From a candidate division FCPU426 bacterium (GTDB lineage Bacteria; Oederibacteriota; Muellerivitia; Muellerivitales; Muellerivitaceae): DNA of 64,000 bases. Location of the stretch: positions 1,152,001-1,216,000 of the forward strand of contig CAWCKJ010000004.1 in NCBI GenBank assembly GCA_963796105.1, given 5' to 3'. The translations under genes were made by a program, and so were the position numbers. Below the pieces are notes generated by a model, which was not told where the DNA came from, searched no databases, and saw nothing but the letters and a program-made list of their open reading frames with translations. Below, piece after piece: positions 50,699-60,966 of the stretch. The stretch's first letter is position 1, and each line of letters opens with the position of its first letter.

Positions 50699-52885
50699 AT
50701 GAACAAGACCCTATTACTCTTTTTTCTATTCCTGTCCTGCCCGCTTTGGGCCGATCCCGCACGGTCGGCCCCCACCCCACCCCTCCTCCTTCCCATCCAG
50801 GATCCTTCCAACGGCAAATGGGGGTACATGGACGAACAGGGCCATCTTCTCATCCCCGCGAAATACGAAATGGCTTATTCCTTCAGCGAGGGGCTGGCCG
50901 ACGTGGGCCTGGAAGACATCTACCGGTTATGCAAGCATGGATTCATCGATACCCGGGGAACAATCGTCATTCCATGTATCTACAGTTGTGTAATTGATTT
51001 TAAACACGGCCAATCCCTAGTCGAGTTGGGCGACCGGTGGGGGATCCTAGACAAAACCGGCAAGTATGTCATCTATCCCCAATATCGGAACCTTTCTGGT
51101 TTTAGCGAGGGTCTGGTCATGGCGGCGAGCCAAACCCTGAGGGGTTACCTGAATGAACAGGGTAAGTACCAGATCCCCGAACAATTCGAGGACGCGCGCG
51201 ATTTCAGCGGGGGGTTGGCGGCCGTATCCAAGGGTGGTTTGTACGGTTACATCGACCACCGGGGCAAGACCGTGATCGGGTTTAACTTCTCGGACGCCAA
51301 TAATTTTTCCGAGGGCCTGGCCGCAGCGGCGAACGAAGACGAAAAATGGGGTTACATCAACTGCCGGGGAAAATGGATGATCCCGCCCCGCTTCGATGAG
51401 GCCTTTGCTTTCGAGGGGGGAATGGCCGAAGTCGTGCAGGGCAAGAAATATTTCTTCATCGACAAGGGGGGGAAGCCGCTCTTGCCCGGCGCCTACGAGG
51501 ATCTTTACAACTATGAGGAAGGCCTGGCGGCGGCCAAGGTCCAGGGGCATTGGGGCTTCATTGACCGGAAGGGCCAATGGGTGATTGAACCCAAATATAA
51601 GGAAGTCGATTCCTTCACAGCAGGCTGGGCCTCGGTGACCGATGATTCGAACGAGACCTTCTACCTCTCCCCCACGGGCAAGACCCTCAGCTACACCCCC
51701 GCCTTTACCTGGGATGGGGGCACGACGGTCTACCTGCTGATCCTGCTCCTGCCCGCGTTTTTATCCCGCCTGATCTGCCGCCAAAGGAAAAAGGAACTAG
51801 TGGGAATGCCCCGGGAGGAGGCCACGCAGACCTATTACCGCCTGGGCCTGAACTTAAACTGGTATTACATGGCCTATGTCTTCTGGTTTTTCGCCGGGCC
51901 TGGGTTGACGGGAGAAACGAATAATTACCAGATTTTGTGCGGGGCGCTCTGGAAGGCCTTTCATGGGCTCGCGAAGACACCCAAAATCCAAGCCAGCCTC
52001 TACCAGATGATCTGGTCGTTTCTCATCGCCCTTCTCTTCGTTCTGGGGACCGTCTTGACGCGGACCGCGGTCTTTAAGATCGACCAGGCCCTTCGGGGAA
52101 CCACCTGGACCTTCTCCTATTACCTAAAGATGATCATGGTGTTCCAGTTGTTCATCATTTCCCCGATGATCCTCTGGTTCGGGATCTCGCCCTTTTTGGA
52201 GGTCGGATCACTGATCTATTACCTCGCCTTGGCCCTTTTCCTCGTTTTCATATACGCCCTATCGCCTTTCTTCCTGCGGGCTCTCTACCGCGCCAGGCCC
52301 CTGGAGAATCCCGCTCTTCAGGAGGGGGTGGAAAGGCTGCTAAAGAAGGCCGGGATCAAGGTGGGGGCCGTGCTGCTGATGGGGACCCGGTCCTCGAAGA
52401 CGGCTAATGCCATGGTTTCGGGCCTCTTTCCCTTTTTCCGTTACATCTTTTTCACCGACTACCTGATCGAAAAGTTCACGCCGGGGGAGGTCGAAGCCGT
52501 GCTGGCCCATGAGATCGGGCACATCAAGAAATGGCACCAATGGTTTTATGTGGTTTTGGTCTTTGCCTGGGCGCTCGCCACCAAACCGATGGTCGAGGCG
52601 GTCTATCCTTTCCTTCAAAGCACGGGCATCTCGATCGTGTTCTTCTTTCTGGCCTGGTTTTACCTGTTTTACGGCATCCTGTACAAATTCTTCTCGCGTA
52701 TCTTCGAGCGCCAAGCCGACGTCTATTGCGTCAAATTGACCGAGAAAAAGGAAACCTTCATTTCGGCCCTCAATAAGCTGGCGGAGCTCAATTTTTCCAC
52801 AAGGCGCTGGACCCCCCTGGACCGCATCCTCAAGACCCATCCCGACTTCGAGGCCAGGGTAAAACGCCTCCAAGAAATGCCCTAG
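50699..52885 (+). CDS. WG (KWG) repeat protein fused to an M48 (HtpX/Ste24) membrane zinc peptidase
   Basis: Signal peptide; about 6 FSEGLA..GKWGYID repeats; TM helices; ANAM, LAHEIGH, ERQAD, THP. Confidence 0.88.
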   Translation: MNKTLLLFFLFLSCPLWADPARSAPTPPLLLPIQDPSNGKWGYMDEQGHLLIPAKYEMAYSFSEGLADVGLEDIYRLCKHGFIDTRGTIVIPCIYSCVIDFKHGQSLVELGDRWGILDKTGKYVIYPQYRNLSGFSEGLVMAASQTLRGYLNEQGKYQIPEQFEDARDFSGGLAAVSKGGLYGYIDHRGKTVIGFNFSDANNFSEGLAAAANEDEKWGYINCRGKWMIPPRFDEAFAFEGGMAEVVQGKKYFFIDKGGKPLLPGAYEDLYNYEEGLAAAKVQGHWGFIDRKGQWVIEPKYKEVDSFTAGWASVTDDSNETFYLSPTGKTLSYTPAFTWDGGTTVYLLILLLPAFLSRLICRQRKKELVGMPREEATQTYYRLGLNLNWYYMAYVFWFFAGPGLTGETNNYQILCGALWKAFHGLAKTPKIQASLYQMIWSFLIALLFVLGTVLTRTAVFKIDQALRGTTWTFSYYLKMIMVFQLFIISPMILWFGISPFLEVGSLIYYLALALFLVFIYALSPFFLRALYRARPLENPALQEGVERLLKKAGIKVGAVLLMGTRSSKTANAMVSGLFPFFRYIFFTDYLIEKFTPGEVEAVLAHEIGHIKKWHQWFYVVLVFAWALATKPMVEAVYPFLQSTGISIVFFFLAWFYLFYGILYKFFSRIFERQADVYCVKLTEKKETFISALNKLAELNFSTRRWTPLDRILKTHPDFEARVKRLQEMP

Positions 52886-53226
52886 CTGAAGCCTAGGCCA
52901 ACCTCAATATTTTGCGTCAAATGGTTTGGACACCTTGGCAAGTAAAAGGGAAATGGTAAGTGAAAAATTCCCGAGTGGCGATACCCAAGAAAAGACTGTA
53001 CGATCGGCGGGAATCTGGTATCTCCGTGATTTTATGCTCCTATAGCTTTAACTCTTTGCGCTTTGGCATTGATCTTAAGGGGCTTGGGTTGGGATTAGAA
53101 CGGCTTCAGCGCTGTTCTTCCATGAAAATCCAGGGTACTGACTGCCCTTTCCAAAAGCAAGAAGCGGGTGGCTCCTGTCTTCCTTTTCCCATATAGTTCC
53201 TTTAGCCTTTAGAAAAGGGGACTGTT

Positions 53227-54057
53227 GTGAAAAACCGCGATTACGATCGGATTGAAAAAGCCATCCTATATTTAGAGGGCCATTGGCCCGACCAGCCCGG
53301 TTTGGAAGATACCGCGAGGGCGGTGGGGCTGAGCCCCTTTCATTTCCAGCGGTTGTTCAGGCGTTGGGCGGGCATCAGCCCCAAGCGTTTTTTACAGTAC
53401 CTGACGGCGGGAAACGCCAAGCGCAGACTGCGGGAATCCCAAAGCCTTTTGGAAGCGGCTTATGATTCCGGCCTTTCCGGGCCCGGGCGGCTGCACGACC
53501 TTTTCGTCTCCGTGGAAGCCATGACCCCTGGGGAATACAAGTCCCAAGGGGAAGGGCTGTCCATCGGGTATGGATTCCATGAAACGCCCTTTGGGAAGGC
53601 CCTCGTGGCCGTGACTTCCCGGGGCGTATGCGGTTTCTCATTCCTGGGCGATAAGGGGGATAAGCCGGCCCTTGAGGAATTGAAAAGTAACTGGCCCAAA
53701 AGCCGGTTGACCTCGGAAAAAGAAAAGACGGGGTTGGTCCTAGGCCGCCTTTTCGATCCGGGAGCGGGCCGCGGCAAGCTCCAAATCCTCCTGAAAGGGA
53801 CGGCATTTCAAATCAAGGTATGGGAGGCTTTGCTCCGAATCCCTCCCGGCGCGGTTTGCGCCTACAAGGACGTGGCTAAAAGAATCGGGGTCCCCAAAGC
53901 CTCGCGGGCCGTAGGCACGGCCATCGGCCAAAATCCCATCGCCTACCTCATCCCCTGCCACCGGGTGATCCGCGAAACGGGAGTCATCGGCGATTACCGC
54001 TGGGGAACCGCGAGGAAAAAAGCCATCCTGGCCTGGGAAGAGGCAAAGTCCACATAA
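53227..54057 (+). CDS. ada: Ada-like AraC HTH / methylated-DNA-protein-cysteine methyltransferase
   Basis: LSPFHFQRLF..ISPK, GTAFQIKVWEAL, RAVGTA, IPCHRV active site. Lacks the N-terminal Zn finger. Confidence 0.88.
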   Translation: MKNRDYDRIEKAILYLEGHWPDQPGLEDTARAVGLSPFHFQRLFRRWAGISPKRFLQYLTAGNAKRRLRESQSLLEAAYDSGLSGPGRLHDLFVSVEAMTPGEYKSQGEGLSIGYGFHETPFGKALVAVTSRGVCGFSFLGDKGDKPALEELKSNWPKSRLTSEKEKTGLVLGRLFDPGAGRGKLQILLKGTAFQIKVWEALLRIPPGAVCAYKDVAKRIGVPKASRAVGTAIGQNPIAYLIPCHRVIRETGVIGDYRWGTARKKAILAWEEAKST

Positions 54058-54519
54058 GTAAAAAAAGGGTCTGAATTCATGCCCCTCGGCATGAATTAGG
54101 GAACATTCATCACTTTAAACCAGTCTCAATAGTTCACCCCATATGTTTTAGAAGCCTTGGCAAGAAATAAAGAGGTTGTGAGAGAAGAAACCTCGAGTGG
54201 AAATCTTCCGGAAACGCCGATGTTCTCGGATGGCCTGGAAGAACGAAAGTTCCTCGGTTCCAGGATTCATTAAAGAGGCTCCTTTGGGGGCTGCGTATGG
54301 CGGTGAAAGAGGCCAGTCAAGACGGAACGAATCCGGCCACCTGTAACGGATGAAAGCGGCCACCTGCGGAGCGAAGCGACGAGGGTTATCCTCTTGATGT
54401 TGGAAGAAACATTTGATCCTTCCGTGTTGAAACTCAAATAGTTCAGGGGATGATAGTCCAATTTAACCTCGTTTGAAAAGGTTTGATTAAATCCTCCCTT
54501 CGTATAATCCTTTTTCCCA

Positions 54520-55260
54520 TTATTTTCGACCTGCCCTTCGGGTTTTCCGCATGGATTCTCCCTTCATGGTGATCTTGTGAGCGTTGTGCACCAAACGATC
54601 CAGGATGGCGTCGGAAAGAGTTGGGTTTCCCAAAGCGTCATGCCATTTCTCCACCGGAATTTGGGCGGCTACTAGAGTGGACTTGCGGTCGTAGCGATCT
54701 TCCAGAATCTCAAATAAAGCCCGCCGTTGTTCATCTACCAATGGCATGGAAGCCCAATCGTCCAAGATCAAAAGATCAAACTTGGCCAGGTAGGAAAGAA
54801 GTTTTAAATACTTTCCGTCCACCCGGGAGACAGCCAATTCCTCAAAGAGCCGGGGGAATCTCAAGTAAAGAACCCGATGGCCTTCCCGGCAGGCCTTTTG
54901 CCCAAAGGCACAAGCTAGATAACTCTTGCCCGCCCCTGTGGGCCCCACAATCAGACAGTTATCGTGGTCTGAAATCCATCGGCACGAAGCCAGGGACATC
55001 ACTTGGCCTTTGTCCAGCCCTCGGGGTTGCTTGAAGTCTAAATCTTCCACACAGGCGTTCAAGCGAAGCTTGGCCGTGCGGAGGCGGCTTTTGAGCTTTT
55101 TGTTCTCCCGTGTCGTCATCTCCCGGTCCACCAAAAGCCCAAGTCTTTCTTCGAAACTCAAGGATTTGCAGTTCTTGTTTTCTATCTGCTCCTTGTAAGC
55201 CGTAAGCATTCCTTCCAGGCGTAAGTCGGACAGCTTTTCCAACATCGGTTGAGCCAACAT
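54520..55260 (-). CDS. istB: IS21 helper ATPase IstB
   Basis: GPTGAGKSYLA, LLILDDW, DAILDRLVHNA, GESMR. Confidence 0.95.
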   Translation of the reverse strand: MLAQPMLEKLSDLRLEGMLTAYKEQIENKNCKSLSFEERLGLLVDREMTTRENKKLKSRLRTAKLRLNACVEDLDFKQPRGLDKGQVMSLASCRWISDHDNCLIVGPTGAGKSYLACAFGQKACREGHRVLYLRFPRLFEELAVSRVDGKYLKLLSYLAKFDLLILDDWASMPLVDEQRRALFEILEDRYDRKSTLVAAQIPVEKWHDALGNPTLSDAILDRLVHNAHKITMKGESMRKTRRAGRK

Positions 55261-55270
55261 ATTTTCTCCT

Positions 55271-56827
55271 TTAGTTTTGAGTTTGGTAATACTCCGCGCC
55301 TCTCACAAACTCATGGGTGAGGGCGGGTAATACCGGCTGTTCGGACTCAAGGGGTTTTTGATCCAGTCCCAACTTGAGGATGGACTCGATGTTGTGATAA
55401 CGGGGAGAAGGGATGCTCGAGGCCCTGCGGCAGGCTGCTTCCAGACGATCCTTGCCGTATTTTTTGCCCAACCTCATAATGCCAAGACAAGACCTGTAAC
55501 CCTGCTCAGGGTGGAAGTGAGAAGCCAATATCTTCTCCACCACGGCCCTTGTGGCTTCACCCGACTCACCCGCCCATTGGGCCAACCTCACCGGTGTCCA
55601 TTCGGCATACTGGCGGTGGCCTTGAGGCATATGCTCCAAAACCGTTGTGTGTCGGTGCTCAACGAAAGATCGTGCGTGACTGGCCACTCTTTTGCCTTGG
55701 TGGAAGATTTCCACCACACTAGAGGTAAGCCGGACATCCAGTTGTTGGCGCACCAGTTGGTAGGGCACGCTGTAATAATGCTTTTGGACTTCAACGTGGT
55801 AGTCAATGTTCACCCGAACCTTTTTCCATTCAGCGAATTCGTAGGGCTGTGAGGGTAGTGGCTTCAAAAGGGGTTTTTCCAGGGTTTCAAAGAGGGTTTG
55901 GCGGTTGGAAGAAAGCTTTTGGAAGGGCCGCTGGTTGTAGACCTGAAGGAGTTCCCAAATGGCTTCATTGAGTTCTTGAAGGGAGAAGAAGGTACGGTTG
56001 CGCAAAGGAGCCAGGATGCGGCGCTCTACCCCTTGAACTCCCACCTCCACTTTTGCCTTGTCCCGAGGTTTGACTGGGCGGGCAGGGAGAACGGCGATGC
56101 CGTAATGCTCAGCCATTTCCTGATAGGTGCGGTTGAGGAAAGGTTCATACCGATGGGCGGTGGTAACTCCGGACTTCAAATTGTCCGGGATCAGCAGTTC
56201 GCAAACTCCACCCATGAACTCGAACGTTCTTACGTGTGAGGCGATCCAGTTGGGCAGTTCCTGGCTCCAAGTGGCTTCCACGTAGGTATAGTTGCTCGCT
56301 CCTAGCACGGCCACGAAGATCTGGGCTTCCCTCACTTCGCCGGTTTGACGATCCACTACACCCATGGTCATTCCGGCGTAGTCCACGAACATCTTTTCAC
56401 CGGCCTTGTGGGTCTGCCGCATCACCGGCTCCAACGTCTTCTCCCACTGTCGGTAATGCACGCGGAACTGTGTGTACTGGTAGCCTTGAGGGTTGGCCTG
56501 CTGGTATTCCTCCCACAAAAGCTGGAGGGTAACCCCTTTCTTTTTGAGTTCCTTGTGGAGGTATAGAAAATCAGGAAAGGGTCTTGAGGCGTTTTTTTCG
56601 AACTTTAAAGGGCCGGAGGGAAAAAAGAGTTTCTCCAACTGCACATCGTTCAATTCTGGTGGCAGGGGCCAAGTGAGTTGGGCTTGAGCCGCCTTCTTGA
56701 GGAACCCTTGGATGGTTGTCCGGCCAACCCCGATGGCCTGAGCCATCTGTCGTTCACTGAGGTTTTTCTCGAATCTCAACCGCAAAACTTCACGAATCTG
56801 GCGCATAGGTATCCTTGCTCTTGGCAT
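55271..56827 (-). CDS. istA: IS21 transposase IstA
   Basis: FVDYAG, PDNLKSGV, PRDKAKVE, YYSVP. Confidence 0.95.
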   Translation of the reverse strand: MPRARIPMRQIREVLRLRFEKNLSERQMAQAIGVGRTTIQGFLKKAAQAQLTWPLPPELNDVQLEKLFFPSGPLKFEKNASRPFPDFLYLHKELKKKGVTLQLLWEEYQQANPQGYQYTQFRVHYRQWEKTLEPVMRQTHKAGEKMFVDYAGMTMGVVDRQTGEVREAQIFVAVLGASNYTYVEATWSQELPNWIASHVRTFEFMGGVCELLIPDNLKSGVTTAHRYEPFLNRTYQEMAEHYGIAVLPARPVKPRDKAKVEVGVQGVERRILAPLRNRTFFSLQELNEAIWELLQVYNQRPFQKLSSNRQTLFETLEKPLLKPLPSQPYEFAEWKKVRVNIDYHVEVQKHYYSVPYQLVRQQLDVRLTSSVVEIFHQGKRVASHARSFVEHRHTTVLEHMPQGHRQYAEWTPVRLAQWAGESGEATRAVVEKILASHFHPEQGYRSCLGIMRLGKKYGKDRLEAACRRASSIPSPRYHNIESILKLGLDQKPLESEQPVLPALTHEFVRGAEYYQTQN

Positions 56828-57041
56828 GGTTCCTCCCGTTGATAGTGTCCAACGGGGAGTCACCGTACCATTTTGGTAAGGATTCCCTCTGTCGCTTGGT
56901 CCTAAAAGCTCCTCAATAAACTATCCGGCAAAGGTGGCCGGATTGGGCCGTCACAGGTGGCCGCTTTGCTCCGTTTTAGGTGGCCGGATTCAACCGTTTT
57001 GGGTGGCCGCTTTCGTCCGTTTTACGCAGGGGGCATTTCAT

Positions 57042-57088
57042 TAAAATGTACGATTTGCAGAAATGACCGTTAAAAGGTATAATTTGCA
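57042..57088 (+). promoter_or_regulatory. Sigma70 promoter of abiEi with 18-bp direct repeats
   Basis: TTGCAG-17bp-TATAAT (57055-57083); TAAAATGTACGATTTGCA / TAAAAGGTATAATTTGCA. Confidence 0.6.
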
Positions 57089-57094
57089 AACGTT

Positions 57095-57907
57095 ATGAAA
57101 ATGCAAAAACGACAATATGCCGCCCGCTGGATCGAGGAACTACTAAGCCAAGGGCGTCACACCTTTACACGCCAGGAAGCCCAGAGTCACCTGAAGACTT
57201 CCCCCATGGCGGCCTATCGCGCGTTTTACCGTTTGGTCAGGGAATCGCGGTTGGCGATGCCGAAAGCCGGGTTTTATGTCATCGTGGACCCGCCATATCG
57301 GGCGGCCCGTATCCCGCCACCGGATTGGTTCATCCATTCCTTCATGGAAACCGAGAAAAAACCTTATTACGTCGGGCTTCTTTCAGCGGCACAAATCCAC
57401 GGGGCCGCCCATCATCGTCCACAAGAATTCCAGGTCGTGCTTCCCGCAAAGACACCAAGGCCAAGGCCCATTCAGATCGGCAATCTTCGAATCAGGTTTT
57501 TTAGCAAAAACCTCTTTGATAAATCGGAAAAGGTACAAATCAAAACCCCGACGGGATATGAAACGGTATCCACGCCCGAAACAACGGCTTGGGATTTGGT
57601 TCGCTTCTATAAATCGGCGGGTGGGTTGGACAACGTCATTACGGTATTATCGGAGCTGGGGGAAAAACTGGATGCCGGAAACCTCCTATTGACGGTCAAA
57701 CGCCACGGTGATCCATTTGTGGCACGTCGTCTGGGATGGCTCTTGGACCGTGCTGGATGGAAGAATCTTACTCCCGGACTCGCTAAATGGGTGAAAACCG
57801 GGAAACTCCCCTGGATTCCTCTCGAATCCCGCGAGAAGGTTGAAAAGGCATCACGAAATAAGAAGTGGCGCGTGCTGGTGAACGTCGAATTGGAACCCGA
57901 AGCATGA
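57095..57907 (+). CDS. abiEi: Type IV TA antitoxin, AbiEi family
   Basis: GFYVIV, YYVGLLSAAQIHGAAHHRPQEFQV, STPETTAWDLV, RRLGWLL. Confidence 0.88.
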   Translation: MKMQKRQYAARWIEELLSQGRHTFTRQEAQSHLKTSPMAAYRAFYRLVRESRLAMPKAGFYVIVDPPYRAARIPPPDWFIHSFMETEKKPYYVGLLSAAQIHGAAHHRPQEFQVVLPAKTPRPRPIQIGNLRIRFFSKNLFDKSEKVQIKTPTGYETVSTPETTAWDLVRFYKSAGGLDNVITVLSELGEKLDAGNLLLTVKRHGDPFVARRLGWLLDRAGWKNLTPGLAKWVKTGKLPWIPLESREKVEKASRNKKWRVLVNVELEPEA

Positions 57908-58110
57908 TTCCACAAGACATGATCACCCACTGGAAACAAAACGCTCCCTGGCCTAATGAGGCCTAACTCGTGTTTTAAAAGAACTTGGAAGCCAAACTGG
58001 AATTGGATTTCTTTCACGAGGATTTGAAGCCGTTACTGTCCGGCTCCGTCGATTATGAGGCGTTTCAAGCGGGAAAAATGGTTTCGGAACGGCTTTTGGA
58101 GCTGTTGTGA
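57904..58110 (+). pseudogene. AbiEii toxin relic (internal deletion plus two nonsense codons)
   Basis: Overlaps the abiEi stop. Reads MIPQDMITHWKQNAPWPNEA*LVF*KNLEAKL...DLKPLL...VSERLLELL*, i.e. only the N- and C-termini of an AbiEii. Confidence 0.75.
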
Positions 58111-58161
58111 AATGAAATAATGTTTTGGCGCAGAAAAGATCTTAATGATCTTTGGGTGTGC

Positions 58162-58503
58162 TTAGAACGGCTTCAGCGCTGTCCTTCCGTAGGCCACGAA
58201 GACGAGCAAGAGGCCTGGCACGAAAGCCCAGAGAAGGCCCAACCCGGTGTACTGGGTAAACAGCGCGATGCCCAACAGCACCAGGACGGCCAGGCCGATG
58301 GCGGCGAAGGGAACGAACTTGGGAAGGAATAAGCCGAGCGCGAACAGGGCCTCGAGCGCGCCGTAAGCCACCCAGGCCGGCTGGGGCAAAGAATTCAAGG
58401 CCCATGCCTTGGCGAGGTTCTGGTAATGAACGACCATGTACCCAGCCCCCACCAAATTCCACAAGGCCAGCAAGATTTGAAGAATCCATAACAAAATGTT
58501 CAT
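58162..58503 (-). CDS. DoxX-like membrane protein
   Basis: MNILLWILQILLA...GALE..ALGLFLP...VAYGR; AGGAG RBS. Confidence 0.8.
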   Translation of the reverse strand: MNILLWILQILLALWNLVGAGYMVVHYQNLAKAWALNSLPQPAWVAYGALEALFALGLFLPKFVPFAAIGLAVLVLLGIALFTQYTGLGLLWAFVPGLLLVFVAYGRTALKPF

Positions 58504-59031
58504 TTACTTTCTCCTTAACCCAAGAATAAAAGTGTTGAAAAATCAATCTTCGATGGAATTTTTCAACGTAACCTTCATGGTAACCCCACCATTTCCTGCG
58601 GAAATCTTTGGGGTGGAGACTGTTGTAAGGACGCTTTTTGTCCCCGGAACTCCGTTCCAGGGACTTTTTCAACAGTCTCAGAATGATCATTCATATTAGG
58701 GAGGTTTAGGAAACCATTTCCAGCCCTCGAATAAATTTTTTCCTCCTTCGCTAAAGCTACGGAGGACAGGCCACTGGCGCTTGTTTGACGAAGATGCCTA
58801 TCTACTGAAGCTTAGTGAAGGTAGGTAGCGTAGCTGGATGCCTGTGGGGCTTCATCCGCGGGGGGATCACCGGCTGGGGGTAGCAGGGAGAAAAGGGGAC
58901 AGCGACTTTGCGGAGAGTGTATCGAACCAGTCGAGTGCCTTTTTTATTTTAGGGGTTAAATTTCTTCATAAAGTATCGTTTGCAAATGCTTCCTCTGAGT
59001 GTTCTTTTTTGCGAACGGTGTTTTAATGGTT

Positions 59032-59946
59032 TTACAATCCCAAAACTTTCCGCAAACGAGCGGATTGCTCCTCTCGTTTTTTGCCGCTCATTTGGCGGAT
59101 ATTTTCCAGCTTCCATCGTAAACCCGGCAGGCGCTCGATACCCGGTAATCCCAAGAGGTTCCAGTCCGGTTCACCATCCTTGAGGGACAACAAAAACTTC
59201 TTCTCCGGCATAGTCAAACCGTCATGGATCAGGCGCAATAATTTATCCCTGGTTTCCACCAACTGTTTCAGGTCCAGGGGTTCAAGGGTCATGCCCTTGA
59301 ATTCCTTCTCGAAAGCGGGTTTCATATCCTTCCATTTCGGCTTAAGCAGTTCATTCATGGGCCGGTCATGACTCGCGAGGTAAACTACGAAAGCCCTGCG
59401 AATCTCATGCGTTAACCCCTCATTCGCCAAAAGAAGATGAATATCAAAGAAGTCCCTCGGATGCTGGCGGTCCAGGGCCGCGCAAATTTTTCCGCCGTAA
59501 AGATCAGCCAAGGATAAGAGCCGCGAGGAAACCGAAAGCTCGAACATTTCCTCCGCTTTGCGGCAAAGAATGGCTTGTACGGGGGGGAAAATGGTTCCCC
59601 TAAGAACTAAATTGGGCTCAATCTTAATAGCGGCCTCTTGGCGCCGCACGGTGAGTTTTACAATGTGGCCGGTGCCGATTAATCGCTGTTCCTCGACATG
59701 GGCACCCAAGACCCGCCTGACCTGGGCGGCTAATTCCCGGAGTGACCTTGAAATTTCAGCGAGGGCTTCTTCCCTGGAATTCAGGGGAACATAAGTGAGG
59801 TCGATATCAACCGAGAGTCTCGGCATTTCCCGGATGAAAAGGTTGATGGCCGTACCGCCCTTTAAGGCGAAATGGCCCGACTTTTCAAGGAAGGGTAATA
59901 CCTGTAAAAGAAGCTTCGCTTGCTTGAAGTACCCCGTGTTTTTCAT
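59032..59946 (-). CDS. abiEii: Type IV TA toxin, AbiEii nucleotidyltransferase
   Basis: FALKGGTAINLF..MPRLSVDIDL, GKICAALDRQHPRDFFD. Confidence 0.93.
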   Translation of the reverse strand: MKNTGYFKQAKLLLQVLPFLEKSGHFALKGGTAINLFIREMPRLSVDIDLTYVPLNSREEALAEISRSLRELAAQVRRVLGAHVEEQRLIGTGHIVKLTVRRQEAAIKIEPNLVLRGTIFPPVQAILCRKAEEMFELSVSSRLLSLADLYGGKICAALDRQHPRDFFDIHLLLANEGLTHEIRRAFVVYLASHDRPMNELLKPKWKDMKPAFEKEFKGMTLEPLDLKQLVETRDKLLRLIHDGLTMPEKKFLLSLKDGEPDWNLLGLPGIERLPGLRWKLENIRQMSGKKREEQSARLRKVLGL

Positions 59947-60722
59947 GGGACATTCACGCGCGGCCTGGCGGGAACGGTGATTTGATATTTGGGATCGAAC
60001 GCGCCTCCCGGCACCACCACCCTTTTGCCTTTGCCTAAATCCACCTTCGAAAGGTTAAGCCGATGGAACCATGCGTGGTTAGCTTGTTCGGCTAGGTATA
60101 GGAAACACCTTTTTACCTTAACGGATTGGCAGGCCCTCAAGAGGGCAGTGACTAAGTCCGGCCTTAAAGTAGAAAGGCCCTCCATCAAATGGGACGCGCC
60201 TTCAAAGGTTGTGTTTCGTGGCATTAAAAGCAGGGTTTCGAGCATGGCCCTTTCAGGCGAGGACAGGGTTATACCGGCTTGCTCGTCCGAGGTAAAGCCC
60301 AATTCCTTTTTGTAGGGGAGAAAATCCGTTGTTTGGTATTGGATCTTATTGCCCCAATCAAATTTGAGAAACCAGGAGGGTGGTTTCGTCCCCTGGGGGC
60401 CGAAGAGATACACAGGAGGTATGGAGTTCATGGGAGCGGTATGGCCATAACCATGCCACCTCAAGGCGGTTTCACCCCCGGCGTGGATAGGAAGTTTAAG
60501 TTGCTGCTGGATGGCGTAAAGGCCCCCCGGCCAAAGGGGCTTACTTTCGGCCTTATAAAAAGCGCCCGGCCCTGCCGTCTTTAACCAACCGCCTTTTACA
60601 TAAGTGCGGGCTAAAAACCGGCTCACGCCCTTTTCCGTCAGCCATTTTTGAGTGACCATTCCGCCATGCGGGGGCCATCCCGTGAGAATTAAGTTTATTT
60701 TGCTTTTATTTTGTGTAGTCAT
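59943..60722 (-). CDS. abiEi: Type IV TA antitoxin, AbiEi family
   Basis: HAGGETAL, SSPERAMLE, LMEGLSTLRP, SVKVKR, LGKGKR, YQITVP; overlaps the toxin start. Confidence 0.9.
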   Translation of the reverse strand: MTTQNKSKINLILTGWPPHGGMVTQKWLTEKGVSRFLARTYVKGGWLKTAGPGAFYKAESKPLWPGGLYAIQQQLKLPIHAGGETALRWHGYGHTAPMNSIPPVYLFGPQGTKPPSWFLKFDWGNKIQYQTTDFLPYKKELGFTSDEQAGITLSSPERAMLETLLLMPRNTTFEGASHLMEGLSTLRPDLVTALLRACQSVKVKRCFLYLAEQANHAWFHRLNLSKVDLGKGKRVVVPGGAFDPKYQITVPARPRVNVP

Positions 60723-60966
60723 ACTACACATATTAGCACCTTATTAAACCTTAGGAAGGATTTAGTTTATTTAAGATTAAAAATGTGTAGTTTATATACA
60801 CGTTTCAAAATTATTTTAAACTACAACATCTAAACTGAACGCTAAAATAAATGATGTTACAGTTTAAAAATCATGTTACGGATTCCAGCCTCGATTGGCA
60901 GGATTGGGGAAGGGCGGCTCTTTTGCCTGCTATACTCCTAATCGTTTCATCCTCGACGGAGGTTTT

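Larger units (their letters stand above)
54292..57028 (-). mobile_element. IS21-family insertion sequence (2737 bp)
   Basis: TGCGTA...TACGCA ends, multiple subterminal GTGGCCG repeats, 6-bp GGGGGC target duplication (54286-54291, 57029-57034). Confidence 0.93.
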
